Shown: in pieces, positions 35,355 through 44,977 of the stretch
How the letters are laid out: every line of letters begins with the position of its first letter
How positions within the stretch are numbered: the first letter of the stretch is position 1
Source of the DNA: Bordetella parapertussis
GTDB lineage: Bacteria; Pseudomonadota; Gammaproteobacteria; Burkholderiales; SG8-41
Length of the DNA: 64,000 bases
NCBI GenBank assembly: GCA_945885345.1
Contig: CAMCYP010000005.1
Span: forward strand, 7,021 to 71,020
Direction of reading: 5' to 3'
Translations under genes and position numbers: made by a program
The notes under the pieces: generated by a model
Seen by the model: the letters and a program-made list of their open reading frames with translations, nothing else
Database searches by the model: none
What the model was told of the DNA's origin: nothing

Positions 35355-36788
35355 ATGAGTACCGTTTTAGACAATCTCGTCAGTCAGCCCTATAAACACG
35401 GTTTCGTCACGGACATCGAGTCCGAATCGGCGCCCAAGGGTTTGAGCGAAGACACCATCCGCATGATTTCGGCGAAAAAGAACGAGCCGGAATGGCTGCT
35501 GGAATTCCGTCTGCAGGCCTATCGTCACTGGCTGACGATGACCGAGCCGCAGTGGCCAAATGTGCATTATCCGAAGATCGATTTTCAGGCGATCAGCTAT
35601 TACGCCGCGCCCAAGCCCAAGCTGAAAAAAAGCATGGACGAGGTTGATCCGGAATTGCTGCGGACCTTCGAGAAACTCGGCGTGCCGATGCACGAACGCG
35701 CCGCGCTGGCCGGTGTGGCGGTGGACGTCATTTTCGACTCGGTGTCGGTGACCACCACGTACAAGGAAAAGCTTGCCGAAGTCGGCATCATTTTCGGTTC
35801 GATTTCCGATGCTGTGCGCGACCATCCGGATCTGGTTCGCAAGTACATGGGCTCGGTGGTGCCGGTCGGTGACAACTACTACGCGGCGCTGAATTCCGCG
35901 GTGTTCACTGACGGTTCGTTCTGCTTTATTCCGAAGGGCGTCAAATGCCCGATGGAGCTGTCGACCTATTTCCGTATCAATACCCAGGACTCGGGGCAGT
36001 TTGAGCGTACGCTGATCATTGCCGAAGAGGGTGCGCAGGTGTCGTACCTCGAAGGCTGCACTGCGCCGAAGTTCGATACCAATCAATTGCACGCGGCGGT
36101 GGTCGAATTGGTGGCGCTGGACAATGCCGACATCAAATATTCGACGGTGCAGAACTGGTACGCCGGTGATGAAAACGGCGTCGGCGGCATTTACAACTTT
36201 GTCACCAAGCGCGGCCTGTGCAAGGGTCACAACTCGAAGATTTCCTGGACCCAGGTCGAAACCGGTTCGGCGATCACCTGGAAATACCCGTCCTGCGTGC
36301 TGCTCGGCGACAACTCGATCGGCGAGTTTTACTCGGTCGCGCTGACCAACCACAAGCAGCAGGCCGATACCGGCACCAAGATGATTCACATTGGAAAAAA
36401 CACCAAAAGCACGATCATCAGCAAAGGTATCTCGGCCGGACAGTCCAACAACAGTTACCGCGGGCTGGTGAAAATCGGGCCGCGGGCCGAGGGCGCACGC
36501 AATTTCTCGCAATGCGATTCGATGCTGATCGGCACGCAGTGCGGCGCCAATACCTTTCCCTATATCCAGGTGCAAAACCCGACGGCGAAAGTCGAGCACG
36601 AAGCGACCACGTCGAAAATCGGCGAAGACCAGCTGTTTTATTTCCAGAGCCGCGGCATCCCTACCGAAGAAGCGGTGTCGATGATCATCAACGGCTTTTG
36701 CAAGGATGTTTTCCAGCAACTGCCGATGGAGTTCGCCGTCGAGGCGACCAAACTCCTCGGCCTGAAACTTGAAGGTAGTGTCGGATGA
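35355..36788 (+). CDS. sufB: Fe-S cluster assembly scaffold SufB
   Basis: 477 aa. Long beta-helix core typical of SufB, conserved C-terminal FYFQSRGI ... INGFC. Confidence 0.94.
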   Translation: MSTVLDNLVSQPYKHGFVTDIESESAPKGLSEDTIRMISAKKNEPEWLLEFRLQAYRHWLTMTEPQWPNVHYPKIDFQAISYYAAPKPKLKKSMDEVDPELLRTFEKLGVPMHERAALAGVAVDVIFDSVSVTTTYKEKLAEVGIIFGSISDAVRDHPDLVRKYMGSVVPVGDNYYAALNSAVFTDGSFCFIPKGVKCPMELSTYFRINTQDSGQFERTLIIAEEGAQVSYLEGCTAPKFDTNQLHAAVVELVALDNADIKYSTVQNWYAGDENGVGGIYNFVTKRGLCKGHNSKISWTQVETGSAITWKYPSCVLLGDNSIGEFYSVALTNHKQQADTGTKMIHIGKNTKSTIISKGISAGQSNNSYRGLVKIGPRAEGARNFSQCDSMLIGTQCGANTFPYIQVQNPTAKVEHEATTSKIGEDQLFYFQSRGIPTEEAVSMIINGFCKDVFQQLPMEFAVEATKLLGLKLEGSVG

Positions 36789-36811
36789 TTTGCAAATTCA
36801 AAATCAAAAGC

Positions 36812-36916
36812 AGCCACAGAGATCACAGAGGACACAGAGAGCGCCTCGCGTTGTCGAATCCCTCATGCCTTGAGGTTGCCGTGTTTTTCTCTGTGAACTC
36901 TGTGTCCTCTGTGGCT
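36812..36916. repeat. inverted repeat of CACAGAG-type 9-mers (REP/MITE-like) in the sufB-sufC spacer
   Basis: Left arm AGCCACAGAGATCACAGAGGACACAGAGA (36812-36840). The reverse complement of the right arm (36888-36916) is AGCCACAGAGGACACAGAGTTCACAGAGA. Confidence 0.85.
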
Positions 36917-36939
36917 AAAAAGGTTTTCAGGTTTTAAGC

Positions 36940-37722
36940 ATGATTAATACAAACGCAAAAACATTACTCGAAGTACGTAACCTCACCGCCACCGTGGCGG
37001 GTGTGGAAATCCTCAAAGGCATCAACCTGACGGTGCGTGCCGGTGAAGTGCACGCCATCATGGGGCCCAATGGTTCCGGCAAAAGCACCTTTGCCAAGGT
37101 GCTCGCCGGCCATCCGGCGTACACCGTCAAAGGTGGTGAAGTGCTGTTCCAGGGCAAGGATCTGTTCGCGCTGGCCTCGGACGAACGCGCCCGCGCCGGC
37201 ATATTCCTCGGCTTCCAGTATCCGGTGGAAATCCCCGGCGTCACCAACAGTGCCTTTCTGCGTCTGGCCTACAACACGGTGCAAAGCGGTCGCGGCAAGG
37301 ATGAACTCGATCCGCTGGAATTTGACGATCTGGTGCGCGAAAAAATGAAACTGCTGGAAATGAGCCCGGAGTTTCTCAGCCGCAGCATCAATGACGGATT
37401 TTCCGGCGGCGAGAAAAAGCGCAACGAGATTCTGCAAATGGCTCTGCTTGAGCCGGTGCTGGCGCTGCTCGACGAGACTGACTCGGGCCTCGACATCGAC
37501 GCGCTGCGCGTGGTGGCAGGTGGTGTCAATCAACTGCTGACCCCTGACAATGCCTGCGTGCTGGTGACGCATTACCAGCGCCTGCTCAATTACATCACGC
37601 CGGATTATGTGCACGTGATGTCGGCCGGCCGCATCATCAAATCCGGTGACAAGGCGCTGGCGCTGGAACTGGAAGAGCGCGGTTACGACTGGCTGCTGGA
37701 TGCGAAAAAGGCGGCAGCGTGA
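36940..37722 (+). CDS. sufC: Fe-S cluster assembly ATPase SufC
   Basis: Walker [10 protein letters not shown], signature FSGGEKKR, Walker [11 protein letters not shown]. Confidence 0.95.
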   Translation: MINTNAKTLLEVRNLTATVAGVEILKGINLTVRAGEVHAIMGPNGSGKSTFAKVLAGHPAYTVKGGEVLFQGKDLFALASDERARAGIFLGFQYPVEIPGVTNSAFLRLAYNTVQSGRGKDELDPLEFDDLVREKMKLLEMSPEFLSRSINDGFSGGEKKRNEILQMALLEPVLALLDETDSGLDIDALRVVAGGVNQLLTPDNACVLVTHYQRLLNYITPDYVHVMSAGRIIKSGDKALALELEERGYDWLLDAKKAAA

Positions 37723-39026
37723 CGGTTATTGCATCTCATCCCTACGTGGCTTCGCTGCTGACCGGCAGCACTGCCGTGCCGAAGAGCCCTGCCGCGTGGC
37801 TGGATGCACGCCGTGCTGCGGCACTGGAACGCGCCAATGTGCTGGCGGTGCCGACCACGCGTGACGAGGAATGGCGCTTTACCGACCTGACGCCACTGAC
37901 CAAATTGCAGTTCCAGCCAGTGGCGGCTGCAGCGAGCGTATCCGCCTCTGACATCGCGGCCTATGCGGTAGCTGAAGCCGCTGTGCGCTTGGTATTCGTC
38001 GACGGGATTTATGCGCCGACGCTGTCGCAACGTGATGCGCTGCCCGCGGGCATTACTGTTGAACTGCTGGCGGATGCGTTGAAAAGCCATGGTGCGCTGA
38101 TCGAGCCGCACCTGGCGCAGCTGGTGAAGAACGACAAGGATCTGTTCGCGGCGCTGAACACGGCCTTCCTGCAGCACGGTGTATTCATTCATGCCGCGAA
38201 AAACGCAGTGCTGAAAGCACCGATCCATCTGCTGTTCGTCGCGACCCGCAAGGGCGCTGCGGCGTATCCGCGCTGCCTGATCGTCGCCGACACGGGCAGT
38301 GAGATCAGCGCCATCGAAGATTACGTGGCGCTGGGCGGCGAAGCCTATCTGACCAATGCTGTGACTGAAGTCGTGGTTGCGCCGAATGCCTCGGTACGCC
38401 ACATCAAGCTGCAGCGTGAAAGTGACCAGGCCTTCCATATCGGCACTTATGCAGTGACGCTGGCGAAAGATGCCCGTTACCTGGCACATGCCGTGACTTT
38501 CGGTGCGCGGCTGTCGCGTAACAATCTGACGGTGACGCAGCAGGGCGAAGGCGCGCATGCGCAGATCGACGGCATTGCGCTGATCGGTGGCCGCCAGCTG
38601 GCGGATACGCATACGCTGATGGACCACACTCAGCCTCACGGCACCTGCGTGCAGTCGCACAAGACCATCGTCGGCGGCGCGGGACATGCAGTGTTCAACG
38701 GTAAGGTGTTTGTACGCGAAGGTGCGCAACAGACCGATTCCTCACAGCAAAGCCGCAACCTGCTGCTGTCGGACAAGGCGCATGTTGACACCAAGCCGCA
38801 GCTGGAGATTTTTGCCGACGACGTCAAATGCGCACACGGTGCGACGGTTGGCCAGCTTGATGCCGATCACCTGTTTTATCTGAAAAGCCGTGGCCTGCCC
38901 GAAGCGCAGGCGCGCAATCTGCTGACCTATGCCTTCGGCGCCGAGATCATCGACCGCATACCGGTGCCGTCGCTGGTGGCGCAACTGGAGAAGTCCGTCA
39001 TGGCGCGCACGGAGGTGGCGGCATGA
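37719..39026 (+). CDS. sufD: Fe-S cluster assembly protein SufD
   Basis: 435 aa. 4-nt overlap with sufC. SufB/D beta-helix, C-terminal FYLKSRGL. Confidence 0.9.
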   Translation: MTVIASHPYVASLLTGSTAVPKSPAAWLDARRAAALERANVLAVPTTRDEEWRFTDLTPLTKLQFQPVAAAASVSASDIAAYAVAEAAVRLVFVDGIYAPTLSQRDALPAGITVELLADALKSHGALIEPHLAQLVKNDKDLFAALNTAFLQHGVFIHAAKNAVLKAPIHLLFVATRKGAAAYPRCLIVADTGSEISAIEDYVALGGEAYLTNAVTEVVVAPNASVRHIKLQRESDQAFHIGTYAVTLAKDARYLAHAVTFGARLSRNNLTVTQQGEGAHAQIDGIALIGGRQLADTHTLMDHTQPHGTCVQSHKTIVGGAGHAVFNGKVFVREGAQQTDSSQQSRNLLLSDKAHVDTKPQLEIFADDVKCAHGATVGQLDADHLFYLKSRGLPEAQARNLLTYAFGAEIIDRIPVPSLVAQLEKSVMARTEVAA

Positions 39027-39132
39027 GCAGGGAGCAGGGGCCCCGCGGAGCGGGGATGCGACCGTCCGCGAATGCCGCCAGCCGCCGACGCGATGACGGT
39101 TCGGTACGGATGGTGGTAATGGAGGCGGCATC

Positions 39133-40389
39133 ATGAGTGGCCACGGCAAACTGGCGACCATGCCGGCAGCGGCACTGGACATTGAACGTCTGCGCCGCGA
39201 TTTCCCCATCCTCGACCTGAAGGTAAACGGTAAGCCATTGATTTTCCTGGATAATGCAGCGTCCAGCCAGATGCCGCGCCAGGTCATGGAGCGCTGGGTG
39301 AAATACCGCTCGGAACAGCACGCCAACATTCATCGCGCCGTGCATTACCTGTCGGAAACCGCGACTGCCGAATATGAGAAGGCGCGGCACAAAGTGCAGG
39401 CCTTCATCAATGCTGCGGAAGCGCGCGAGTGCATTTTCACCAGCGGCACCACCGATGGCATCAATCTGGTGGCGCATGGTTACGGCCGCAGATTTTTTGC
39501 GGCGGGCGATGAAATCATCCTGACCACGCTGGAGCATCACTCGAACATCGTGCCCTGGCAGATGGTTGCCGAAGAGAAGGGCGCGAAAATCCGCGTTGCC
39601 CCCATCAACGACCGCGGCGAGTTGCTGGTCGACGAATACCGCAAGCTGTTCAACGCGAAAACCAAATTCGTTGCGATGACCCATGTCTCGAACGCGCTGG
39701 GCACGATCACTCCCGTCAAGGAGATGATCGCGATTGCTCACGAATACGGCGTGCCGGTGCTGGTCGATGGTGCACAGGCGGCGCCGCATCTGAAGGTCGA
39801 TGTGCAGGACCTCGATTGCGATTTTTACGTGTTCTCCAGCCACAAGCTCTGCGGCCCGACCGGCGTCGGTGTGTTGTACGGCAAGGCCGCGTTGCTGGAG
39901 AAAATGCAGCCCTTCAAGGGCGGCGGCGACATGATCCTGTCGGTGACCTTTGAAAAAACGACTTACGCGCCGATCCCCGCCAAGTTCGAGGCCGGCACGC
40001 CGCCCATCGGCGAAGCGATCACGCTGGGTGCGGCCATTGATTACCTGTCGGCGATCGGCATCGAGCGCATTGCCGCGCACGAAACCGATCTGCTCGATTA
40101 CGCGACGGACCAGTTGAATCGCATGCCGGGCATCCGCCTGATCGGCACTGCCGAGAAAAAAGCCGCAGTGCTGTCGTTCGCAGTGGAGGGCGTGCATCCG
40201 CATGATGTCGGTTCGCTGCTCAATGACGACGGCGTGGCGATCCGCACGGGGCACCACTGTGCGCAGCCGGTGATGCAGCGCTTCAAGGTACCGGCGACCT
40301 GCCGTGCGTCGTTTGCCTTTTACAACACCATGGCCGAAGTGGATGCGCTGGCCGCATCGATCGCCCGCGTGCAGAAACTGTTCGCCTGA
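39133..40389 (+). CDS. sufS: class II cysteine desulfurase SufS
   Basis: 418 aa. PLP-Lys SSHKLCGPTG, catalytic Cys RTGHHCAQP. SD GGAGG 7 nt upstream. Confidence 0.94.
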   Translation: MSGHGKLATMPAAALDIERLRRDFPILDLKVNGKPLIFLDNAASSQMPRQVMERWVKYRSEQHANIHRAVHYLSETATAEYEKARHKVQAFINAAEARECIFTSGTTDGINLVAHGYGRRFFAAGDEIILTTLEHHSNIVPWQMVAEEKGAKIRVAPINDRGELLVDEYRKLFNAKTKFVAMTHVSNALGTITPVKEMIAIAHEYGVPVLVDGAQAAPHLKVDVQDLDCDFYVFSSHKLCGPTGVGVLYGKAALLEKMQPFKGGGDMILSVTFEKTTYAPIPAKFEAGTPPIGEAITLGAAIDYLSAIGIERIAAHETDLLDYATDQLNRMPGIRLIGTAEKKAAVLSFAVEGVHPHDVGSLLNDDGVAIRTGHHCAQPVMQRFKVPATCRASFAFYNTMAEVDALAASIARVQKLFA

Positions 40390-40410
40390 AACGAGTTACG
40401 AAATAACGAT

Positions 40411-40854
40411 ATGGACAGCCGCGAGCTTTATCAGGAAATGATTCTTGAGCACAACAAGAAGCCCCGCAACTGGGGGCTGCTTGCTGATGCCACGCACAAG
40501 GCGGAAGGACTGAATCCGCTGTGCGGCGACCACCTGCATCTGTCTTTGCGGGTTGCCGGCGATACCGTCGAGGCCGTGGGTTTCGAGGGCGAGGCCTGTG
40601 CGATCTGCAAGGCTTCGGCGTCGATGATGACCGCGATCGTCAAGGGCAAGACCCGCGCCGACGCCGAGCAGATGGTGCAGGAGTTCCGCGACATGACCAC
40701 CGGCAAGCTGGACCCGGCGGCGCCGCATCACCTCGGGCGGCTGACGGTGTTTGCGGGTGTGCGCGACCTGCCGACCCGCGTCAAATGCGCAATCCTGCCC
40801 TGGCATACGCTGCACGCGGCCTTTGCCGGTACCGATACTGCTTCCACCGAATAA
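40411..40854 (+). CDS. sufU: SufU-type sulfurtransferase (IscU-like, zinc type)
   Basis: 147 aa. NPLCGD, GEACAICKASAS, RVKCAILPW. No LPPVK motif. Confidence 0.8.
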   Translation: MDSRELYQEMILEHNKKPRNWGLLADATHKAEGLNPLCGDHLHLSLRVAGDTVEAVGFEGEACAICKASASMMTAIVKGKTRADAEQMVQEFRDMTTGKLDPAAPHHLGRLTVFAGVRDLPTRVKCAILPWHTLHAAFAGTDTASTE

Positions 40855-40872
40855 CACCACTGCATCACGACC

Positions 40873-41439
40873 ATGCCGAAAATCGCAGAAATCGAACCGA
40901 CCCCCAATCCGAACGCGATGAAGTTCATTCTGCGCGAGCCGCTGACCTGGGGCATCACGCGTTCGTATGACAAGCCGGAGCAGGCGGTGGGCGATCCGCT
41001 GGCCATGAAGCTGTTTGACATTGAACATGTCACCAACGTGTTTTATGTCGACCACTGGGTGACCGTGACACAGGACGGCGCTGCGGACTGGCAGGAACTG
41101 ATGCGCGATCTGGCGGTGCCGATCCGTGAGGCCCCTTCGGCCGATGCCAACTCTGACAAACTCGCAGAGCAATCCAGCGAGGCGATGGATCCGGCCAAAC
41201 TCAGCTCGGAAGACCGCGAGCGCCTAGACAAGATCAACGCCATCCTCGACGAACAGATCCGTCCCTATCTGCAGAACGACGGCGGCGACCTTTATGTCAT
41301 GGGTCTCGAAGGCAACAAGCTGACCGTCCATTACCAGGGCGCCTGCGGCAGCTGCCCCAGTTCGCTGTCGGGTACGCTGGCCGGCATCGAAAGCCTGGTG
41401 CGCCAGATCGAGCCCGACATGGAAGTGGTCGCGGTTTGA
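40873..41439 (+). CDS. NifU/Nfu-type Fe-S carrier (Nfu_N-like domain plus NifU C-terminal domain)
   Basis: 188 aa. N-terminus PTPNPNAMKF, C-terminal domain with GACGSCPSS CxxC motif. Confidence 0.8.
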   Translation: MPKIAEIEPTPNPNAMKFILREPLTWGITRSYDKPEQAVGDPLAMKLFDIEHVTNVFYVDHWVTVTQDGAADWQELMRDLAVPIREAPSADANSDKLAEQSSEAMDPAKLSSEDRERLDKINAILDEQIRPYLQNDGGDLYVMGLEGNKLTVHYQGACGSCPSSLSGTLAGIESLVRQIEPDMEVVAV

Positions 41440-41455
41440 TCGTGGCGAAATAAGT

Positions 41456-41776
41456 ATGGCGGACTGGGTCAAGGTGGCGGCGGTCGGCGAGATCGCCCCG
41501 GGATCCTGCAAGGTGGCCGATATCGACGGCACCGCGGTTGCGGTATTCAATGTCGGTGGCGAACATTTTGCAATCGAGGACGTCTGCACCCACGATGGCG
41601 GCGAACTGGCGAGCGGCGTCATTGAAGGCGACCAGGTCGTCTGCCCGCGCCACGGTGCGCGCTTCTGTCTGCGCACTGGCGAGGCGCTGTCGGCGCCGGC
41701 TTACGAGCCGACGGCAAAATTTCCGCTGCGCGTCGAGAACGGCTTCATCGAAGTCCGCGACGACCGCTGGGACTAG
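41456..41776 (+). CDS. Rieske-type [2Fe-2S] ferredoxin
   Basis: 106 aa. CTHDGG ... CPRHGARF ligands. Confidence 0.85.
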   Translation: MADWVKVAAVGEIAPGSCKVADIDGTAVAVFNVGGEHFAIEDVCTHDGGELASGVIEGDQVVCPRHGARFCLRTGEALSAPAYEPTAKFPLRVENGFIEVRDDRWD

Positions 41777-41933
41777 CGGGGCGGTGACGAACTCCCCGGG
41801 GCGCTGAATGAGGCGTAAGGAGCTGGAGACTGCTGCATCTGTTGCTAGCCAGTAATGCCGCGTTGCCAAAATCGCGGTTGGCGGTCACAATCCCCTGCAG
41901 GTGAGTCGGACATTTCAACCGGGGGAGACCAGT

Positions 41934-42926
41934 ATGAAATCCAGTTCCGTTCGTCGCGCTGTCGCGCGTGTTTGCTGTACCGTGGCTGTCGTTCTGCCGT
42001 TACTGGCGGGCGCCCAGCAATATCCGTCGCGGCCACTGCTGATCGTCGCACCGTTTGGCGCAGGCGGTGATTCGGATATCGCTGCCCGCAATCTGGCGGC
42101 GGTAGTGCCGAAATACCTCAAGCAGAATGCGGTGGTGCTCAACAAGGTCGGCGCCAGCGGCGCAATCGGTTCCGAGTACGTCAAAAACGCCGCTCCCGAT
42201 GGTTACACCTTGTTGCTGGCGCGCGTCGGTTCGCAGGCTACGCTGCCGGCGCTGAAGCCCGACCTCGGCTACAAGTGGAATGACTTTTCTTTCCTCGGCA
42301 TTCTTGAACTCAATCCCTATGTCTGTGCGGTGGTTGCGGATTCCCAATACAAGACTTTCGGCGATCTGGTCGAAGGTATCCGCAGGAATCCGGGCAAGCT
42401 GAAGTACAGCACGGCCGGCGTCGGTACCATTCACGAAATGGGACCGCAGCTATTGTTCGACGCGCAGAAGCTGGGCAAGGATGCCGGAAACCAGATTCCG
42501 TACAAGAGTGGCGGTGAAGCGGCAACCGCGCTGCTTGGCCGTCATGTCGATTTCAGCTGTTCCAACCTCGGCACCGTGCTTGGCTTTATCAAGAACAAGC
42601 AGATGCGCGCGCTGGTGACGACGACACCGGAGCGTTTCAAGGAAATTCCGGACGTGCCGACGGCAAAAGAAGCCGGTTATCCGACCCTGGAGCGCATCAT
42701 CGGCTGGAGCGCACTCTACGGACCACCGAAAATGGACCAGAAGCTTGTTGCTGTCTGGGGCGATACACTGCAGAAAGTCGGCAAGGATGCGCAGTGGATC
42801 AACGCGACTGAAAGAGTCGGCTCGGTGCCGCACATCAAGTCGCCGGAGGCCACGGCGGCTTATGTCAAAGAGCAGTACGAGACTTATTACAGGCTGGGCA
42901 AGGCGCTGAATATTGTGCTGCAGTGA
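41934..42926 (+). CDS. Bug/TctC-family tripartite tricarboxylate transporter substrate-binding protein
   Basis: Signal peptide then QQYPSRPLLIVAPFGAGGDSDIAAR, typical of the Bug family. ATG 41934 follows GGGGGAGA. Confidence 0.82.
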   Translation: MKSSSVRRAVARVCCTVAVVLPLLAGAQQYPSRPLLIVAPFGAGGDSDIAARNLAAVVPKYLKQNAVVLNKVGASGAIGSEYVKNAAPDGYTLLLARVGSQATLPALKPDLGYKWNDFSFLGILELNPYVCAVVADSQYKTFGDLVEGIRRNPGKLKYSTAGVGTIHEMGPQLLFDAQKLGKDAGNQIPYKSGGEAATALLGRHVDFSCSNLGTVLGFIKNKQMRALVTTTPERFKEIPDVPTAKEAGYPTLERIIGWSALYGPPKMDQKLVAVWGDTLQKVGKDAQWINATERVGSVPHIKSPEATAAYVKEQYETYYRLGKALNIVLQ

Positions 42927-43134
42927 CTGGTAACTGGTAACTGGTAACTGGTAACTGGTAATTGGTAATTGGTGAATGGTGACTGGTGACTGGTAACTGG
43001 TGAATGGTGATGGGTAATGGGGGAGGGTGGGTGGATTTGAAAGTATCGATATCAAAAGTGTATGTCATGCCACCGGCGGCGTGCCTTACACGATTGTTTT
43101 TACCAATCACCAGTCACCAGTCACCAATTACCAC
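42927..43134. repeat. heptanucleotide (NTGGTRA) tandem array with an inverted partial array
   Basis: About 14 units at 42927-43024, starting 1 nt after the TGA stop. Five inverted units TACCAAT-CACCAGT-CACCAGT-CACCAAT-TACCAC at 43101-43134, ending 6 nt before the next ATG. Confidence 0.9.
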
Positions 43135-43140
43135 GTTGTA

Positions 43141-44187
43141 ATGGATACCCTGACCCACGCGCTGTCCGGCGCGTTGCTGGCGCGCGCCACCACCGGACTC
43201 GAAAAACCCGCGCTGCCGATCGGCCGCCGCATGGCCATCGGTGCACTGGTGGCGGCCTTCCCCGACATCGACTTTGTTGCATCGTGGCTGTCGCCGCTGG
43301 CCTATCTCTATCATCATCGCGGCGTCACTCATTCGCTGCTGATGCTGCCGCTGTGGACTGTGCTGCTGGCGTGGATTTTCACGCTGATCTGGCGCAGCGG
43401 TCCCGGGTGGAAGGCTTATGTGCCGGTGGTGGCGATGTCGCTGGCGGCACATATCGCCGGCGACTGGATCACCACCTTCGGCACCATGATTTTTGCGCCG
43501 TTCTCGGATTACCGCTCCGGCATCGGCACCACTTTCATCATCGACCTGTGGTTCTCCGGCATCATCATCGCCGGCCTGCTGCTGTCGCTGGTATGGCGCC
43601 GCTCTCGCCTGCCGGCAGTGGCGGGACTGGTCGTATTGGTCGGCTATGTCGTGATGCAATCCGTGCTGCTGCAGCGTGCCGTCGATTTTGGCGAGCAATA
43701 TGCAGCATCGGAGCACATGGAGCAGGTGCGGGTCACCGCCATGCCGCGGCCGGTGTCGCCGTTCAACTGGATGGTCGTGATCGAGGATGCCAAGGGCTAT
43801 CACTACAGCCAGATCAACCTGATCCGCAAAGAGGTGCGGCAGGCGGCGGACGATGCGGGCTTCATCGCCCGGCTCGACGCCGTGTACCGTCCGCTGGATC
43901 AGGCGATCTGGGACACCGATGTGCATTACGGCCGCGGCTCGCAGGGTGCCGTGGTGCGCGCGGTGTTCGAACATCCGGAGTTTGCCTTCTTCCGCTGGTT
44001 CGCGGCGTACCCGGCGCTGCACCGCATCGACAGTGACACGTCATCGCTGTGCATCTGGTTCAAGGACCTGCGTTTCCTGACACCCGGGCGTGAGGAGTTC
44101 CCCTTCATCTACGGCATGTGCAGCGAGGGCGCGGGTCCGATGCGGCCTTACCGCCTCGACGGCGAGCGGCGTTTCCCCGTCTACTGA
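43141..44187 (+). CDS. YdjM/DUF457-like membrane-bound metal-dependent hydrolase
   Basis: MDTLTHALSGALLARA N-terminus, multiple TM helices with HH/HxxxD patterns, soluble C-terminal domain. The track ORF from 43027 only reads through the repeats. Confidence 0.7.
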   Translation: MDTLTHALSGALLARATTGLEKPALPIGRRMAIGALVAAFPDIDFVASWLSPLAYLYHHRGVTHSLLMLPLWTVLLAWIFTLIWRSGPGWKAYVPVVAMSLAAHIAGDWITTFGTMIFAPFSDYRSGIGTTFIIDLWFSGIIIAGLLLSLVWRRSRLPAVAGLVVLVGYVVMQSVLLQRAVDFGEQYAASEHMEQVRVTAMPRPVSPFNWMVVIEDAKGYHYSQINLIRKEVRQAADDAGFIARLDAVYRPLDQAIWDTDVHYGRGSQGAVVRAVFEHPEFAFFRWFAAYPALHRIDSDTSSLCIWFKDLRFLTPGREEFPFIYGMCSEGAGPMRPYRLDGERRFPVY

Positions 44188-44395
44188 TTTTTACGCGTTG
44201 CCCGCTTGCAGTGCATCCCGCTGGCCTATGCACCCGGGCGATGCGCCTTTACGCTGCAGCAATTACCGTCTGGCCCGGCAAAGCGGCTTTCCCGGATTGG
44301 CACTTAAATTGCTAATGATTTTGGTCGTAATCCCTGAAGCAGCCTTCATGGGGAGGGGCATGAAGGTCTGATCCATCTTTGTGGAGATGCAGACC

Positions 44396-44626
44396 ATGAT
44401 CAATGCCGGATTTGTCGATTTCCTGTTCACCGGGGTGGCCATCGTGCCCCAGCTGTTGCTGTTCACCGGGTATATCGGGCCCGCCCTGTTGCTGTTCATC
44501 CCGCTCTTGATCGCCGCCTGCCTGATCAGTATGTACAGGCAGCAGGTTGCCGCGGCGGAAGAAAACACGGCTGACGAAGAAGAGGCCACAGAACAGGAGC
44601 TGCCACTGAGCACCGCCGGACGCTGA
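44396..44626 (+). CDS. small two-TM membrane protein with acidic tail (hypothetical)
   Basis: ATG 10 nt after GGAG. Two hydrophobic helices, then a Glu-rich tail. No family recognised. Confidence 0.35.
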   Translation: MINAGFVDFLFTGVAIVPQLLLFTGYIGPALLLFIPLLIAACLISMYRQQVAAAEENTADEEEATEQELPLSTAGR

Positions 44627-44683
44627 GGCGCGTGGCTTGACGCAAATCAACCTGCAGCGGCGCCGTACTGGCAGACTGGCGCC

Positions 44684-44977
44684 ATGGAAAACCGCTGCCT
44701 GCTGACGTTCTGCGCCGTTACGGCGCTTGTGCTGACCTGCGGCGCGTTGCCGCCCGCTGCCGCGGCAGAGTCCGCGCCGGTTCAGCGCGAAATCATTCCC
44801 GGTTCTGAACTGATGACGACGCAGGAGCGCGAGCGCTATCGCCTGCGCCTGCGCGGCGCCGGAACGCCAGAAGAACGCGAGCGGCTGCGCGCCGAGCATG
44901 TCAGAGCGATGGAGGAACGCGCACAGCTGCGCGGCCTGCAGTTGATCGATTATTCGCGCCTCAAAAGCGCGCCATGA
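44684..44977 (+). CDS. small secreted Arg/Glu-rich helical protein (hypothetical)
   Basis: Signal peptide ending AAAES. ERERYRLRL...EERERLRAEH repeats. Stop overlaps the next start (ATGA). Confidence 0.45.
   Translation: MENRCLLTFCAVTALVLTCGALPPAAAAESAPVQREIIPGSELMTTQERERYRLRLRGAGTPEERERLRAEHVRAMEERAQLRGLQLIDYSRLKSAP

Noticed and set aside
35367-40257. Minus-strand ORFs of 450, 348 and 419 aa opposite sufB, sufD and sufS.
   Set aside because: Antisense to conserved suf genes, with Arg/His-rich composition and no domains.
42927-43134. Heptamer arrays as a CRISPR array.
   Set aside because: The units are 7 nt and contiguous, with no spacers. No repeats of 24-40 nt and no cas genes are present.
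43027-43140. N-terminal extension of ORF 43027..44187 through the repeat (TNHQSPVTNYHVV).
   Set aside because: It is encoded by the inverted heptamer units. A conserved-looking MDTLTHALSG start follows at 43141.
43062-44036. Frame-shifted 324-aa (+) and 302-aa (-) ORFs overlapping the YdjM-like gene.
   Set aside because: Only the 43141 frame gives a membrane-hydrolase-like N-terminus and TM helices. The others are Arg/Pro/Gly-rich.
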